Part shown: piece by piece, positions 1-9,599 of the stretch
Layout: the number at the start of each line of letters is the position of its first letter
Position numbering within the stretch: the stretch's first letter is position 1
Made by a program: the position numbers and the translations under genes
Assembly: GCA_040285855.1 (NCBI GenBank)
Contig: JAUFOQ010000016.1
Coordinates: forward strand, 806,001 to 870,000
Origin: Eukaryota sp. GEM-RC1
Taxonomy: Eukaryota
Length of the DNA: 64,000 nucleotides
Reading direction: 5' to 3'
The notes under the pieces: model-generated
Databases searched by the model: none
Seen by the model: the letters and a program-made list of their open reading frames with translations, nothing else
What the model was told of the DNA's origin: nothing

Positions 1-636
1 AACAAGAAAAATCTAATCAATTAAAAGAACAATTGGAGTTGATTAATCAAAATTATAGTTCTGAATCCACGCAACTGTCAACAGAGTTGTCCAATTTGAA
101 GGAAAGTTATTCTCTTGAACAGGAAAAATCTAATCAATTAAAAGAAAAATTGGAGTTGGTTAATCAAAATTATAGTTCTGAATCCACGCAACTGTCAACA
201 GAGTTGTCCAATTTGAAGGAAAGTTATTCTCTTGAACAGGAAAAATCTAATCAATTAAAAGAACAATTGGAGTTGGTTAATCAAAATTATAGTTCTGAAT
301 CCACGCAACTGTCAACAGAGTTGTCCAATTTGAAGGAAAGTTATTCTCTTGAACAGGAAAAATCTAATCAATTAAAAGAACAATTGGAGTTGGTTAGTCA
401 AAATTATAGTTCTGAATCCACGCAACTGTCAACAGAGTTGTCCAATTTGAAGGAAAGTTATTCTCTTGAACAGGAAAAATCTAATCAATTATTGACTGAA
501 TTGAATCAATTAAAAGAACAATTGGAGTTGGTTAATCAAAATTATAGTTCTGAATCCACGCAACTGTCATCAGAGTTGTCCAATTTGAAGGAAAGGTACT
601 CTCTTGAACAGGAAAAATCTAATCAATTATTGACTG
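1..636 (+). repeat. 108-bp coding tandem repeat, about 5.5 near-identical copies
   Basis: aggaaaaatctaatcaattaaaagaa... recurs at 108-nt intervals, with one 21-nt insertion near 490. Confidence 0.95.
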
Positions 637-860
637 ATGACGTTTTGCCACTATTTGGAGAAAAGCTCACTTTAATGACTGAGCTCAATAACCTCCAATC
701 AATTAACGAATCAGTGTTATCAAAATATTCTTCTCTTCTTGTCAAGTATAAGGAACTTGGTGTATCTTCAAAAGCCGAAAAGGATCGTAATGGACTTCTC
801 AGAAGAAGACTTGCCAAGAATAGCAGGGAACCTCCAATCAAAATTAAAAAGGTGTCATAG
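1..860 (+). CDS. Coiled-coil protein with 36-aa tandem repeats, 5' end outside the window
   Basis: ORF 33..860; unit QLELVNQNYSSESTQLSTELSNLKESYSLEQEKSNQ repeated; stop at 858-860. Confidence 0.7.
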   Translation, partial: QEKSNQLKEQLELINQNYSSESTQLSTELSNLKESYSLEQEKSNQLKEKLELVNQNYSSESTQLSTELSNLKESYSLEQEKSNQLKEQLELVNQNYSSESTQLSTELSNLKESYSLEQEKSNQLKEQLELVSQNYSSESTQLSTELSNLKESYSLEQEKSNQLLTELNQLKEQLELVNQNYSSESTQLSSELSNLKERYSLEQEKSNQLLTDDVLPLFGEKLTLMTELNNLQSINESVLSKYSSLLVKYKELGVSSKAEKDRNGLLRRRLAKNSREPPIKIKKVS

Positions 861-2199
861 TGTTTTGAAAAGTGGGATGTCACTACATGTAGATGTACTT
901 TTGAATTCTTCATGGTTGTTTCTATCATCTATAAGTGTTTTTGTATTGATTTTGTCTCTTTTGTTAATTAACCGTTCGCATTGTTGAGGCTGAAGCACCC
1001 TGAGCCCACCAACATTATTTGTTTTTTTTGTTCTGTTTTAATTTAAAGTTTTGTTTGCTCGACCATTGAACTTATTGTTCGCTCCAGTGTTGTATTGTTG
1101 GTGTACTGTGGAAAATCACAATAAATAGTGTGTATTATTGTGGCTTTGTTGTTGATGATCTGTAGTCCAAACAGCTGCATCAAATGGTTTCAATTTGCAG
1201 GTCTACTGGCTTCTTCAATTATGTCTTACATTGTTGTACTACTCTAGCCTAGTTTTCTACTAGTACTACAGTAGTTTGGTGGAGCAACGACCTTAGCATA
1301 CTCTGAACACGGTATTTGTTTTTTAAGAAATTGCTGTCGATTAAGATAGTAGATTTTGTTTTACTGAAGAAGTCGTAGGGTTGTAACGTGTGTACTATCT
1401 AGTAACAGTTAGAGCACTACAGTATTTGTGTTCTTCTTCATAAATGCAATCTACAGTCCGTGATATTGTTTAAGGATCTAAATATTAGTATTCTGCTCAC
1501 TCCTCTAGTACTGTAGTGAACAGGAATGACTTTGTGTTAGGGTTCGCAAATACACAGTGTGGCAAATTCACTGTCAGTGTGACACACATCTGATCACACA
1601 GATTGTGTGTTATTTTTTGTAATTAAATGTTTTTCCTTAATAAAAGTCATAAGATTGAAGATAGCAGAGACATCAATAGTTGCAGTATGTATTCAACATA
1701 ATTTGAAAGCTTGTACAAGGTATCATGCAATTTGGAGATAAACTTTTGACTATTTCAGTTAAAAGGCATGGATCTTAACACACACAACATAAACGACTAA
1801 CTTAAAAACATGGTGTGGCAAAACAGTCACTCTACTTTTCGTGATACCTAGCACAACTATCCTCCCAATGATCCAACATGTTCAGAAATGCTCTATGGTC
1901 ATTTGGTCCATCCAAGTTTTTCTACAATTAATCTTAGACTACTGTATATGCCACTAATGATTTCTAAAGCGTCCTAAAATGTTCCTATGATTTCTAATTC
2001 CTATGGTTTCTCAAGAATCTCGTGAATGTCATTGTACTATCGTTTTTTGAAAATGTCTTCATGAAGTACAATGTACATCTACGTTTCAGAGCATCATTGT
2101 TGATGATTGCACCATGGCCAAGAAATATCCGATTCGGTCATGCATCATTTTGAACTATTTTTGATATATTTGAAACTATTTTCATGCAACAACTTGAAA

Positions 2200-2468
2200 C
2201 AATCAACAACTTAAAACACCGCAACTACCCCTTCACAAAATACAACACGTTCAGAACACGTTCACACTCAACGCCGTGTTCAAACACGCCCGGTGTTTTC
2301 CGTACTATGATTTGAACTAATATCATTTTGAATCACTTTCTTTGGCTGTGGTTTTCATTTCAAATGCATAATACATTCTCTCCACAGTTTGGCACATTGG
2401 GATCCACATTGCGAACCACAACGAGCCACTCATTTGCAAGCCTTTTAGGACGAGCTAACTTACAAGAT
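2200..2468 (-). ncRNA. Candidate Fanzor omega-RNA scaffold
   Basis: Starts at the Fanzor-polyprotein stop codon; stems at 2457-2465/2434-2442, 2382-2387/2346-2351 and a perfect 9-bp 2291-2299/2213-2221 enclosing a cgtgtt/aacacg hairpin. Confidence 0.45.
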
Positions 2469-5400
2469 TCAGGATTCCGGTTCTTCATTCTCTACTTGTG
2501 AGTCTTTGGGTACATCTTTCTGGTCCTTACTTGGACAAGTTGTTTTGTTATGTCCTGGTTGCCTACAAATCTTACATTTACGAGGACTTTTAGGAGGCAC
2601 AGGTCTTTGAGGACACTTTGCCGTTGTATGGCCTTCCTTATGACAAAACTGACACTTACTCACACTCTTCTTCTTCTTGGGAACCTGATCTGTAATCCCA
2701 CCATCCTCGATAGTTATTGTTTGAGATTTTGGTCTCTCGAGGACAGCAGGTCTACCTTGACCTTGGATAATTCCATTTACAATGTTATAAATGTTAATAG
2801 CAGAGTTGAAGTCTCTATTCCAGAGGACATGACATTTAGCACATTGGACTAAGCCCCATGGTGAGACTTTGTTGCTCTTTAATCTTTCTTTCATGAATGG
2901 CAACTGTTTGGTCCATTCATCATCAAAATTACGTTTCCCAACATTGCCTAATTGATTGTGTTCTATCACTTCTTTTTCAATTTCTTCTCCTCCTTCTGTA
3001 ACTTCTTCTTCCACAGAGGATCAATGACTTTGACAAAGTCAGGATTGGAACAGATACCTTCCTGGTTTTCATCAGCACAAGCAGAGCAACATTTGCTTGT
3101 CATAAATTCATCAACTAAGAAAACTTTAAATCCAAGTTTTCTTAGCAAGTTTCGAAGAGTAGCTCCTTTTACTGTACTTGCCTTACCCCTTCTTCTTCGG
3201 AATAGAGTGTCATTCCAATCTCCAAAACCAACAACAACTTCATCTGGATCACCATATTGGAGAGCAAATCTGTGAACCAAGTTTTGTTCACTTCGTTCTT
3301 TTCTTGAATATTGGGTAAGGCGTCTACGTCTAAAAAATTTTTCCTCATAAAGGCCTTCTGTTGCAGCAGGTATTTGTTGAGTTGGTCCTTTCTTAGGTAG
3401 TTTCTTTGATGGTCCTTTCTTAGATAGATTCTTAGATGGTCCTTTCTTTTTAGGTAATCCTTCAGCAGTTGCTTTTCCAGTTGTGGTTGATCTCATTAAT
3501 GCACAGAAAACTTCATTGTTAACAATGTACCTTGAAAATTCTTCCAATTTACATGATTTTCTTCTTGGAGTATCAGAACTGTAGGAATCCAGTACTTTTG
3601 ACCATTCCACACACTCTTCTCAAACTCAGTTGAGTACCTCTGTAAACGTTCACTTTCAGTCAATTCGACAATGTTTTTGTTACAGCGCTTTCTTTCAAGT
3701 TTTTTGAAATTTCGTTTTTCCTTTCGTTCCTTTTTAGATTTTTTTCTTTTTTTCTTTCCTTGTCAATTCTTTTGGAACTGTGATGGCTGATTTTTTCTTG
3801 GTTTCCATTTGGATTTGTTAATATCTGCCTTTCTCTCCCCAGCAGTGTATCGGAACACCTTCCATTTGTCACGATTTTTCCACTTTACAGGTTGTGGGTT
3901 AGTGTCTTGCTTCCAATCATTTAATTGTTTTTTCATTTTTTTCAAACTTCCCCTTTTCTTAGAAGACAATGGAGCAATCTTTCTTTTCTAACTAGAGTAA
4001 CTGGCTTGGGCTCAATTTCCTTCTCACCTGAGCAATCATCCTTCTCAACTGAGGAATCAATAGATTGTCCATTGGAAGCAAGATCAACTTCTGTAACACA
4101 AGCATTAGTCATTCCATTTTCTATCAATTGTTTTGTTTCATCAACTTCAAATTTCTCACACGCCTCTTCCTCATCAGTTTTTAAACTTGCACAATACATG
4201 AGATCATGTTGGTTGGGGTCAACAGCAACAATTCTCTTAGATTTTAAATTCAGTTCTTCAATTTCATCTTCACTTAAGGAATCAATATAACGCTCATTTG
4301 AAGCAAGATTAACTGCTGTAACATTTTCACGGGCATTTCCATTTTCATCAAGTAAATCTTTCCTCATCATCAACAAACTACAACTTAAACCGTCTGACGA
4401 AATTGAAGTGTATTTAAAGTCATAGGATAAAGACTCTGGAATAGCCTGAGGTTTTAATACTGAATTCCAAATAAGTTTCCGTACTTCATTATAGTTATAG
4501 GGAAGATCCCTACAAAATATTTCGTGAAACCATGCCGTATCGAACCTGATATGATTTGGAATTAAAGATTTAGACAATGGGAAAGGATTGTTTGCTCTTA
4601 CACCAGGACAATAGTCTTCAATGAGACGGTTCAAATACAATGCATGACTTAAAAAGTATAACGGATCACTCTTTTCGGCATAGTAGATCGTTTTCTCCAT
4701 CTTTCCTTCAAAATAATTAAACAAATAATTGAAGAATAGTATACTCAAGTGAGATTCCGGATTGGTAAAAACTTGCTTGTCATCAAAATTGATTTTGGAA
4801 ATTTCACCATTAATGATCAATTCTCTAACTTCATTAATCCTTTGACAGAGTTCTTGTCTTTCAGTTTTGTCAGTAAGAGCTTCCATTCTCTCTTTCTTTT
4901 GAGTAACCAAGTTAAAGACTTGAAAAACATACTCATGAAAGTGTTGGCACATGTTGTTCTTATAATTAGTAATAATTTCGGTTGCAACGTAACCGAGAGG
5001 ATTAGCCAAATATAATCCACTTGGAAACACGATCCTATCTTTACCAACCATTTCACCAGCAGTTTCTAACAGAGGGATGTAGTTTGATAGGAAGTGTTGG
5101 GCGAACTCCTTCTTTGTAGTTGTTGTTTTAACATTAGAAATGATGTTGTTTAAAGAGTTTTGCACAGTTTTAATATGATCAGTATTGTTGAAAAATTGGT
5201 GATTTGGAATCCACATCATGGCCAACAGTTGTCGCATTGGACCCTTCTTAAAATAAGCTCCCCAGTTTGGTAACTCAAATTTGGTAGTTTGAATTTTAGT
5301 AAAAAGGTCAAGTTCAGGTTCACCAGTTTCATTTTCAATACTGTCTTCATCTAAAATTTCCGATTCAATTGTACGATCGCAAACAAAATGAGGGTCTGAA

Positions 5401-8400
5401 GACACAGGCAATTCAGTTTCTTCTTCTAATTGTTGAGGCACAAACTCTTCACTTAAAATTTCTGTTTGTTCAGTGTCTGAAACTTCAGTGGCTGTTTCAA
5501 TTTCTTCTTTAACATTGGGAGGTAGTATCTCTTTGACCTTGTCGAAAATTAGAGAGTTGTGAAACTTAGTAACGAAAAAATGTTTCAACATATGTGTACC
5601 ACGAACTCTGACTTGATGAGCTCTCTTAGCACAAGATTCCATCCAATTCGCTTTAGTCTTTGATACAACATTATCTAATCGTTTTTTCACCGCCTTCATT
5701 GGTGGTCGTTCTCTTAATTTTTGCTTCTTTTCATCGAGAAGATCAAAGAGAAGGTATTGTATTAGAAACAACTTATTGATTGAGTTCATTAACAAAGTGG
5801 CTCTCGAAGTTTTAGATTCCCAAAGTTCATTAAATTTTGTTAATTCTGCTAACAATCGAATCTCCATTTCAGCCTTGGGTTTTAGTTTCACAGATGGCGC
5901 TTTGTTTTGACGTTCGTCAGTTTTAACCTTAATTTCTTCATCTGACACTAGAGGATTGTCTAAAGAGTGAAATATTCTCTTAAGGAAGATATTTTCATTG
6001 TCAAAACTTTCAAATGTTCTTGAATGATTATTCATGTCCATCATAATTGTTGTCACGTTTTCCAAAAACCGACCTCTTCTAAAGACATACAACTTCTTCA
6101 ATACTGAATTCAAGTCAAGGGAATAAAAGGGCCAATTTCCGTTGGTTTGCACCATCTGTGGAACCAAGATGGAAGAGAAGAAATGTAATCATCAATTGTA
6201 TAATCAATGTCAATTTCTAATTTTTTAAATCGTGATACTAAAAACGGAAAAGTATCTAAATGCCAATCATAACTTATTAACAAACTGGGCTTGTTAAGAT
6301 TTAAAAATGTAATGAAATTTGTTAACATTGATTTTTCAGTTGTAAACGTGTGAACTACACAATTAGGAAGTGAAATTTCTGAAACATTATGGGTGAATAT
6401 GTGAGTTTCATTCGCAAATCTATCATGGGTAAACTGAAGAGAGATTGACACAATTGGGTCTAAATCTGGATCACGTTGAATTTCAAAAGTAGTGTCCTGA
6501 ATTTGTGGAATACCTTCTGAAGTTGATTCAATCTCTTCGTCTACTTCTGGCTCCTGTTTAACTCGAACGACTTTAAGATTCAAGCGTTCAGGATCTGAGA
6601 TCACACTTTTTATCCTCAATTAAGCAGAACTTTTGTGGTTGTTTGGGTTCTTGTTCTGTAATTGATGGTTTAGGAGTTGGAGACGTGGGAACGGGTTCAG
6701 ACACGGTGGTCACAGAAATGTTAGTTTGAGGAGTGATACCAGTTGATACAAGGGAGTTGGTTGTTCTGGATTCCTTTTGTTTAATTAGAGGTGAACCTCT
6801 TGGTGATGCAAGTTTGGGTTTACTTTTTTTGGTGCTTAAACCAGTGGATGCTTTAGTGCTAGCTAGACGCAAACCTGTGAGAGACGCAGGAACAGGTTTT
6901 GATACAGTCGGTGGCAATAAGTTAATGGCAGAAACTTTAGTTTGAGGAGTGGCACCGATTGAAATACTTGAACTGGACAAACGTTTTGGAGGGACGGCTG
7001 GCATTTTTGGCACATGCGACAAATCAACAGGACTAAAAGTTTCAAAATGTTCCAAAATTTTACTTCGAGACTCGTGAACAGCAATAGTGGTGCTACACAG
7101 CAGTTCTTTAACATCAGTCCACCTTATGACCACAGATTGATCTAAATTCATTAAAAGTTCAATGTATTCGAGAACACAAAAACCAGAGTCAGTTAGAGTA
7201 TGTTTGATATTTGATGGAATAAATTCTATATTTCTGGTTCCACAGAATGACAACACTGAATAAATTTGTGAAACAATTAAAAATAAATTGGAGGAAGTTG
7301 GTGCAACTGGCGATTGGTTAGCAGGAAATTCTCTGGCATAATCATCCTCAACGTAGGTCGGATCAATGAATAAAATATGACTTGTAGGAGATGAAATGAT
7401 CAGAATAATTAAACCCCAATGACGACCATCAGCAGTAAGATCACACATTGCACTATTGACAGGAATAAGTAGCATTTGTTGGTGTTTCTTTTCACTACAT
7501 TGGAAGAATTTCTGTGTCAAAAATTCTGAAAATGGATATTTATAATAGGGTTGGTCACCATATAATAACGGATATAAATCAGTTGGCCTAATTACATGGT
7601 CATAAAAGATTAAACCTTTTGATTCCACAAGTATTTTGGAATATTTGATGAACAATTGATCGTCGACATAAGTAAACAATTTCTGAATCTGTTTACGGAG
7701 ATCTGCAGCATTAAGTTCAATGTTAACTTGGATTAAAGCACGTTCAATAGAGATCAAAGATAGATTGATGCCATCCCTTGAAATCAGTTCAACAAATTTT
7801 TGAATATAACCAATAACATAAATACCACAGTCATTAGGAGTCTGTGTCTTGGTGATGTTGACCCTCTGTACGTTCAATGTTACTTTCCTACATAATTCAT
7901 CTACAACAGAACTTAGATAAGAAGAACCAACAATTGGATCCACAAATATCACGTTGTTTTCCGCACAGTCTATTACCATTAGACCCCAATGAACTCCTCC
8001 AGATCCACCTGTTGTATTCATAGCATCGTTGAGAGGAACAGCGAAGTATCTGGTGCTTCTCTCCCGGGCGTCATCAATCTTATTTTGGCAGTATCCATCA
8101 GTTAAAAAATCTGACCACATCTCATCTGGAGTAATGAAATAGCATTCCCAATCAAGGTTTGCTTCTTTGAATAGGTGTTTTGAGTATTCAGAAAGGGCGT
8201 AATCATCTATCCATTGGCCAGGATTCAGATACTCTAGGGAGTCTTTGGACAACGGTCCGGGATTGGACTCAATGTCACCGTCGGCGGTGAGGTCTTTTGG
8301 GAACGGAGGATGGGAAGGGATAACACATGAATAGAAGTAGAGTACATACAACAGCAGAGATGGAAGTGTTTTCACAACATAGAAAAAGCTATCCATATAT

Positions 8401-8735
8401 CGACTCAACGGAGATAGAATCCAAGCAGGGGATTCCGCCTCATATTGGGTCAAATACAAACAACAAGGTGGCAGCATGACATCAACGGGAGAGGAGAAAA
8501 AGCTATCCATATATCGACTCAACGGAGATAGAATCCAAGCAGGGGATTCCGCCTCATATTGGGTCAAATACAAACAACAAGGTGGCAGCATGACATCAAC
8601 GGGAGAGGAGAAAAAGCTATCCATATATCGACTCAACGGAGATAGAATCCAAGCAGGGGATTCCGCCTCATATTGGGCCAAAAGAGGAGCCTTGTACGGA
8701 ACAGAGTGTCTGTTAGAATGTAAAACAACCAACAT
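2469..8735 (-). CDS. Frameshift-interrupted polyprotein: leader, 2A, two SENP8/Ulp1-like protease domains, PolB-exonuclease-like domain, Fanzor1-like nuclease, two CCHC knuckles
   Basis: ORFs 6588..8735, 6110..6619, 3942..6167, 3763..3969, 2966..3610 and 2469..3014 overlap or are bridged by short open frames; conserved domains run across the junctions; every junction lies at a homopolymer. Confidence 0.7.
2740..5699 (-). CDS. Fanzor1-like (TnpB-derived) RNA-guided nuclease domain
   Basis: N-terminal MKAVKKRLDNVV..HQVRVRGTHMLKHF, HIRFDT, ISSDGLSCSLL; RuvC-I IVAVDPN (D 4218-4220); FRYT; VGFGDW; RuvC-II LVDEFMTSKCCSAC (E 3107-3109); CAKC..WNRDFNSAINI (RuvC-III D 2811-2813). Confidence 0.9.
5970..6500 (-). 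other. Degenerate family-B DNA polymerase 3'-5' exonuclease-like domain
   Basis: PDLDPIVSIS...FTTEKSMLTNFITFL...PSLLISYD...FPFLVSR...LDLNSVLKK...LENV follows the PolB exo pattern DPxIxI...ExxLLxxF...PDIIxGYN...FDxPYLxxR...lDl...LxxV. Confidence 0.55.
7040..7620 (-). other. Second SENP8-like domain, probably inactive (catalytic Cys to Ser)
   Basis: LIPVNS...HWGLIIL...LFIDP...HTLTDSGFCV aligns with the first domain, with DSG in place of DCG. Confidence 0.7.
7690..8250 (-). other. Ulp1/SENP8 (C48)-like cysteine protease domain, catalytic residues intact
   Basis: GQWIDD...VPLND...GGVHWGLMVID...FVDP...QTPNDCGIYV; resembles SENP8/DEN1 GGTHWSLLV and QQNSYDCGMYV. Confidence 0.85.
8253..8294 (-). 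other. 2A StopGo ribosome-skipping peptide DLTADGDIESNPG|P
   Basis: Exact match to the D(V/I)ExNPGP consensus, with the usual upstream GD. Confidence 0.85.
8381..8677. repeat. 114-bp tandem repeat, about 2.6 identical copies
   Basis: agaaaaagctatccatatatcgactc... starts at 8381, 8495 and 8609. Confidence 0.95.
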
Positions 8736-9280
8736 TTGTGGAGAGAGGAAAATGAAATGTTTCAGTCATCCCTGTAGTCTAGACTACAGTACAATTCTAC
8801 TATCACTTGTAGTCAGTAGAGTGTCAAAACATCAAAACAACTCTTATGTTATACCATCATCCGTTACCATTAGTGATTACTTAAGAAGTCTTTAAGACTG
8901 TCAATCGTATAACCAAACTCATTGACTTAGTTCTCTTCTGAATTCATTTGCTATAAAGCCATGTATAGTCGTAGACGAGAAGAAAATGAATTAATTCCAA
9001 TAAGTAATGAAGTAATGAATGTAAATTCACTTGTCTGGAACGAAATCTGTAATAAAGTCTATACCAGAATTTCCCATGTCCTACTCAATCTTCAAACTCA
9101 GAAATACTTCTGAACAAGAAAGTCGTTCCCGTACCATCAAAACATATATGAAACTTGTTGTAAAGCTTGCTGATAAGTATGCAGTTAACTTGTCACTTGT
9201 TCTTCTTCCTTATGGAACATACAATTCATGGAGAACTAAATCCATCCACATAACGGAAGTGTCAACATCTGACTTACCAG

Positions 9281-9471
9281 ATGTTGTAGTTACAAATGTT
9301 GTAGTTACAAATGTTGTATCACCAAATGCTGTAGTTACAAATGTTGTATCACCAAATGCTGTAGTTACAAATGTTGTATCACCAAATGTTGTATCACCAA
9401 ATGTTGTAGTTACAAATGTTGTAGTTACAAATGTTGTAGTTACAAATGTTGTCATTACAAATGTTGTAGTA
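9281..9471. repeat. 15-bp minisatellite (atgttgtagttacaa / atgttgtatcaccaa)
   Basis: About 13 tandem units visible directly. Confidence 0.9.
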
Positions 9472-9599
9472 CAATGTATACTGATAAAAATACACACTTT
9501 AAGAATACTGATCTAGTCCTGTGGGCCAAAGAAACCTTCAATTTTGCAGCACCTTTTGACGAAGTTTCTTTGGCCTCTTTCAAAAACTAGATTCCTTCG

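Noticed and set aside
3660..3872. 70-aa ORF as a separate gene or part of the Fanzor
   Set aside because: Off-frame shadow; the Fanzor motifs run in the other frames.
7426..7443. Second DLTADG hexapeptide as another 2A
   Set aside because: No ExNPGP follows; it lies in the protease loop before HW and uses different codons.
8381..8677. 114-bp repeats as a CRISPR-like array for the Fanzor
   Set aside because: Units are identical end to end with no unique spacers; this is a plain tandem repeat.
8476..8895. Plus-strand 139-aa ORF
   Set aside because: Antisense shadow of the repeat leader.
9031..9516. ORFs 9031..9516 (+) and 9210..9497 (-)
   Set aside because: Largely open because of the stop-free 15-bp minisatellite; no domain evidence.
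900..9590. TIRs, TSD or a transposase delimiting the Fanzor element
   Set aside because: No convincing terminal repeats or DDE/Y1/serine recombinase/Rep-helicase ORF seen by eye; boundaries left unresolved.
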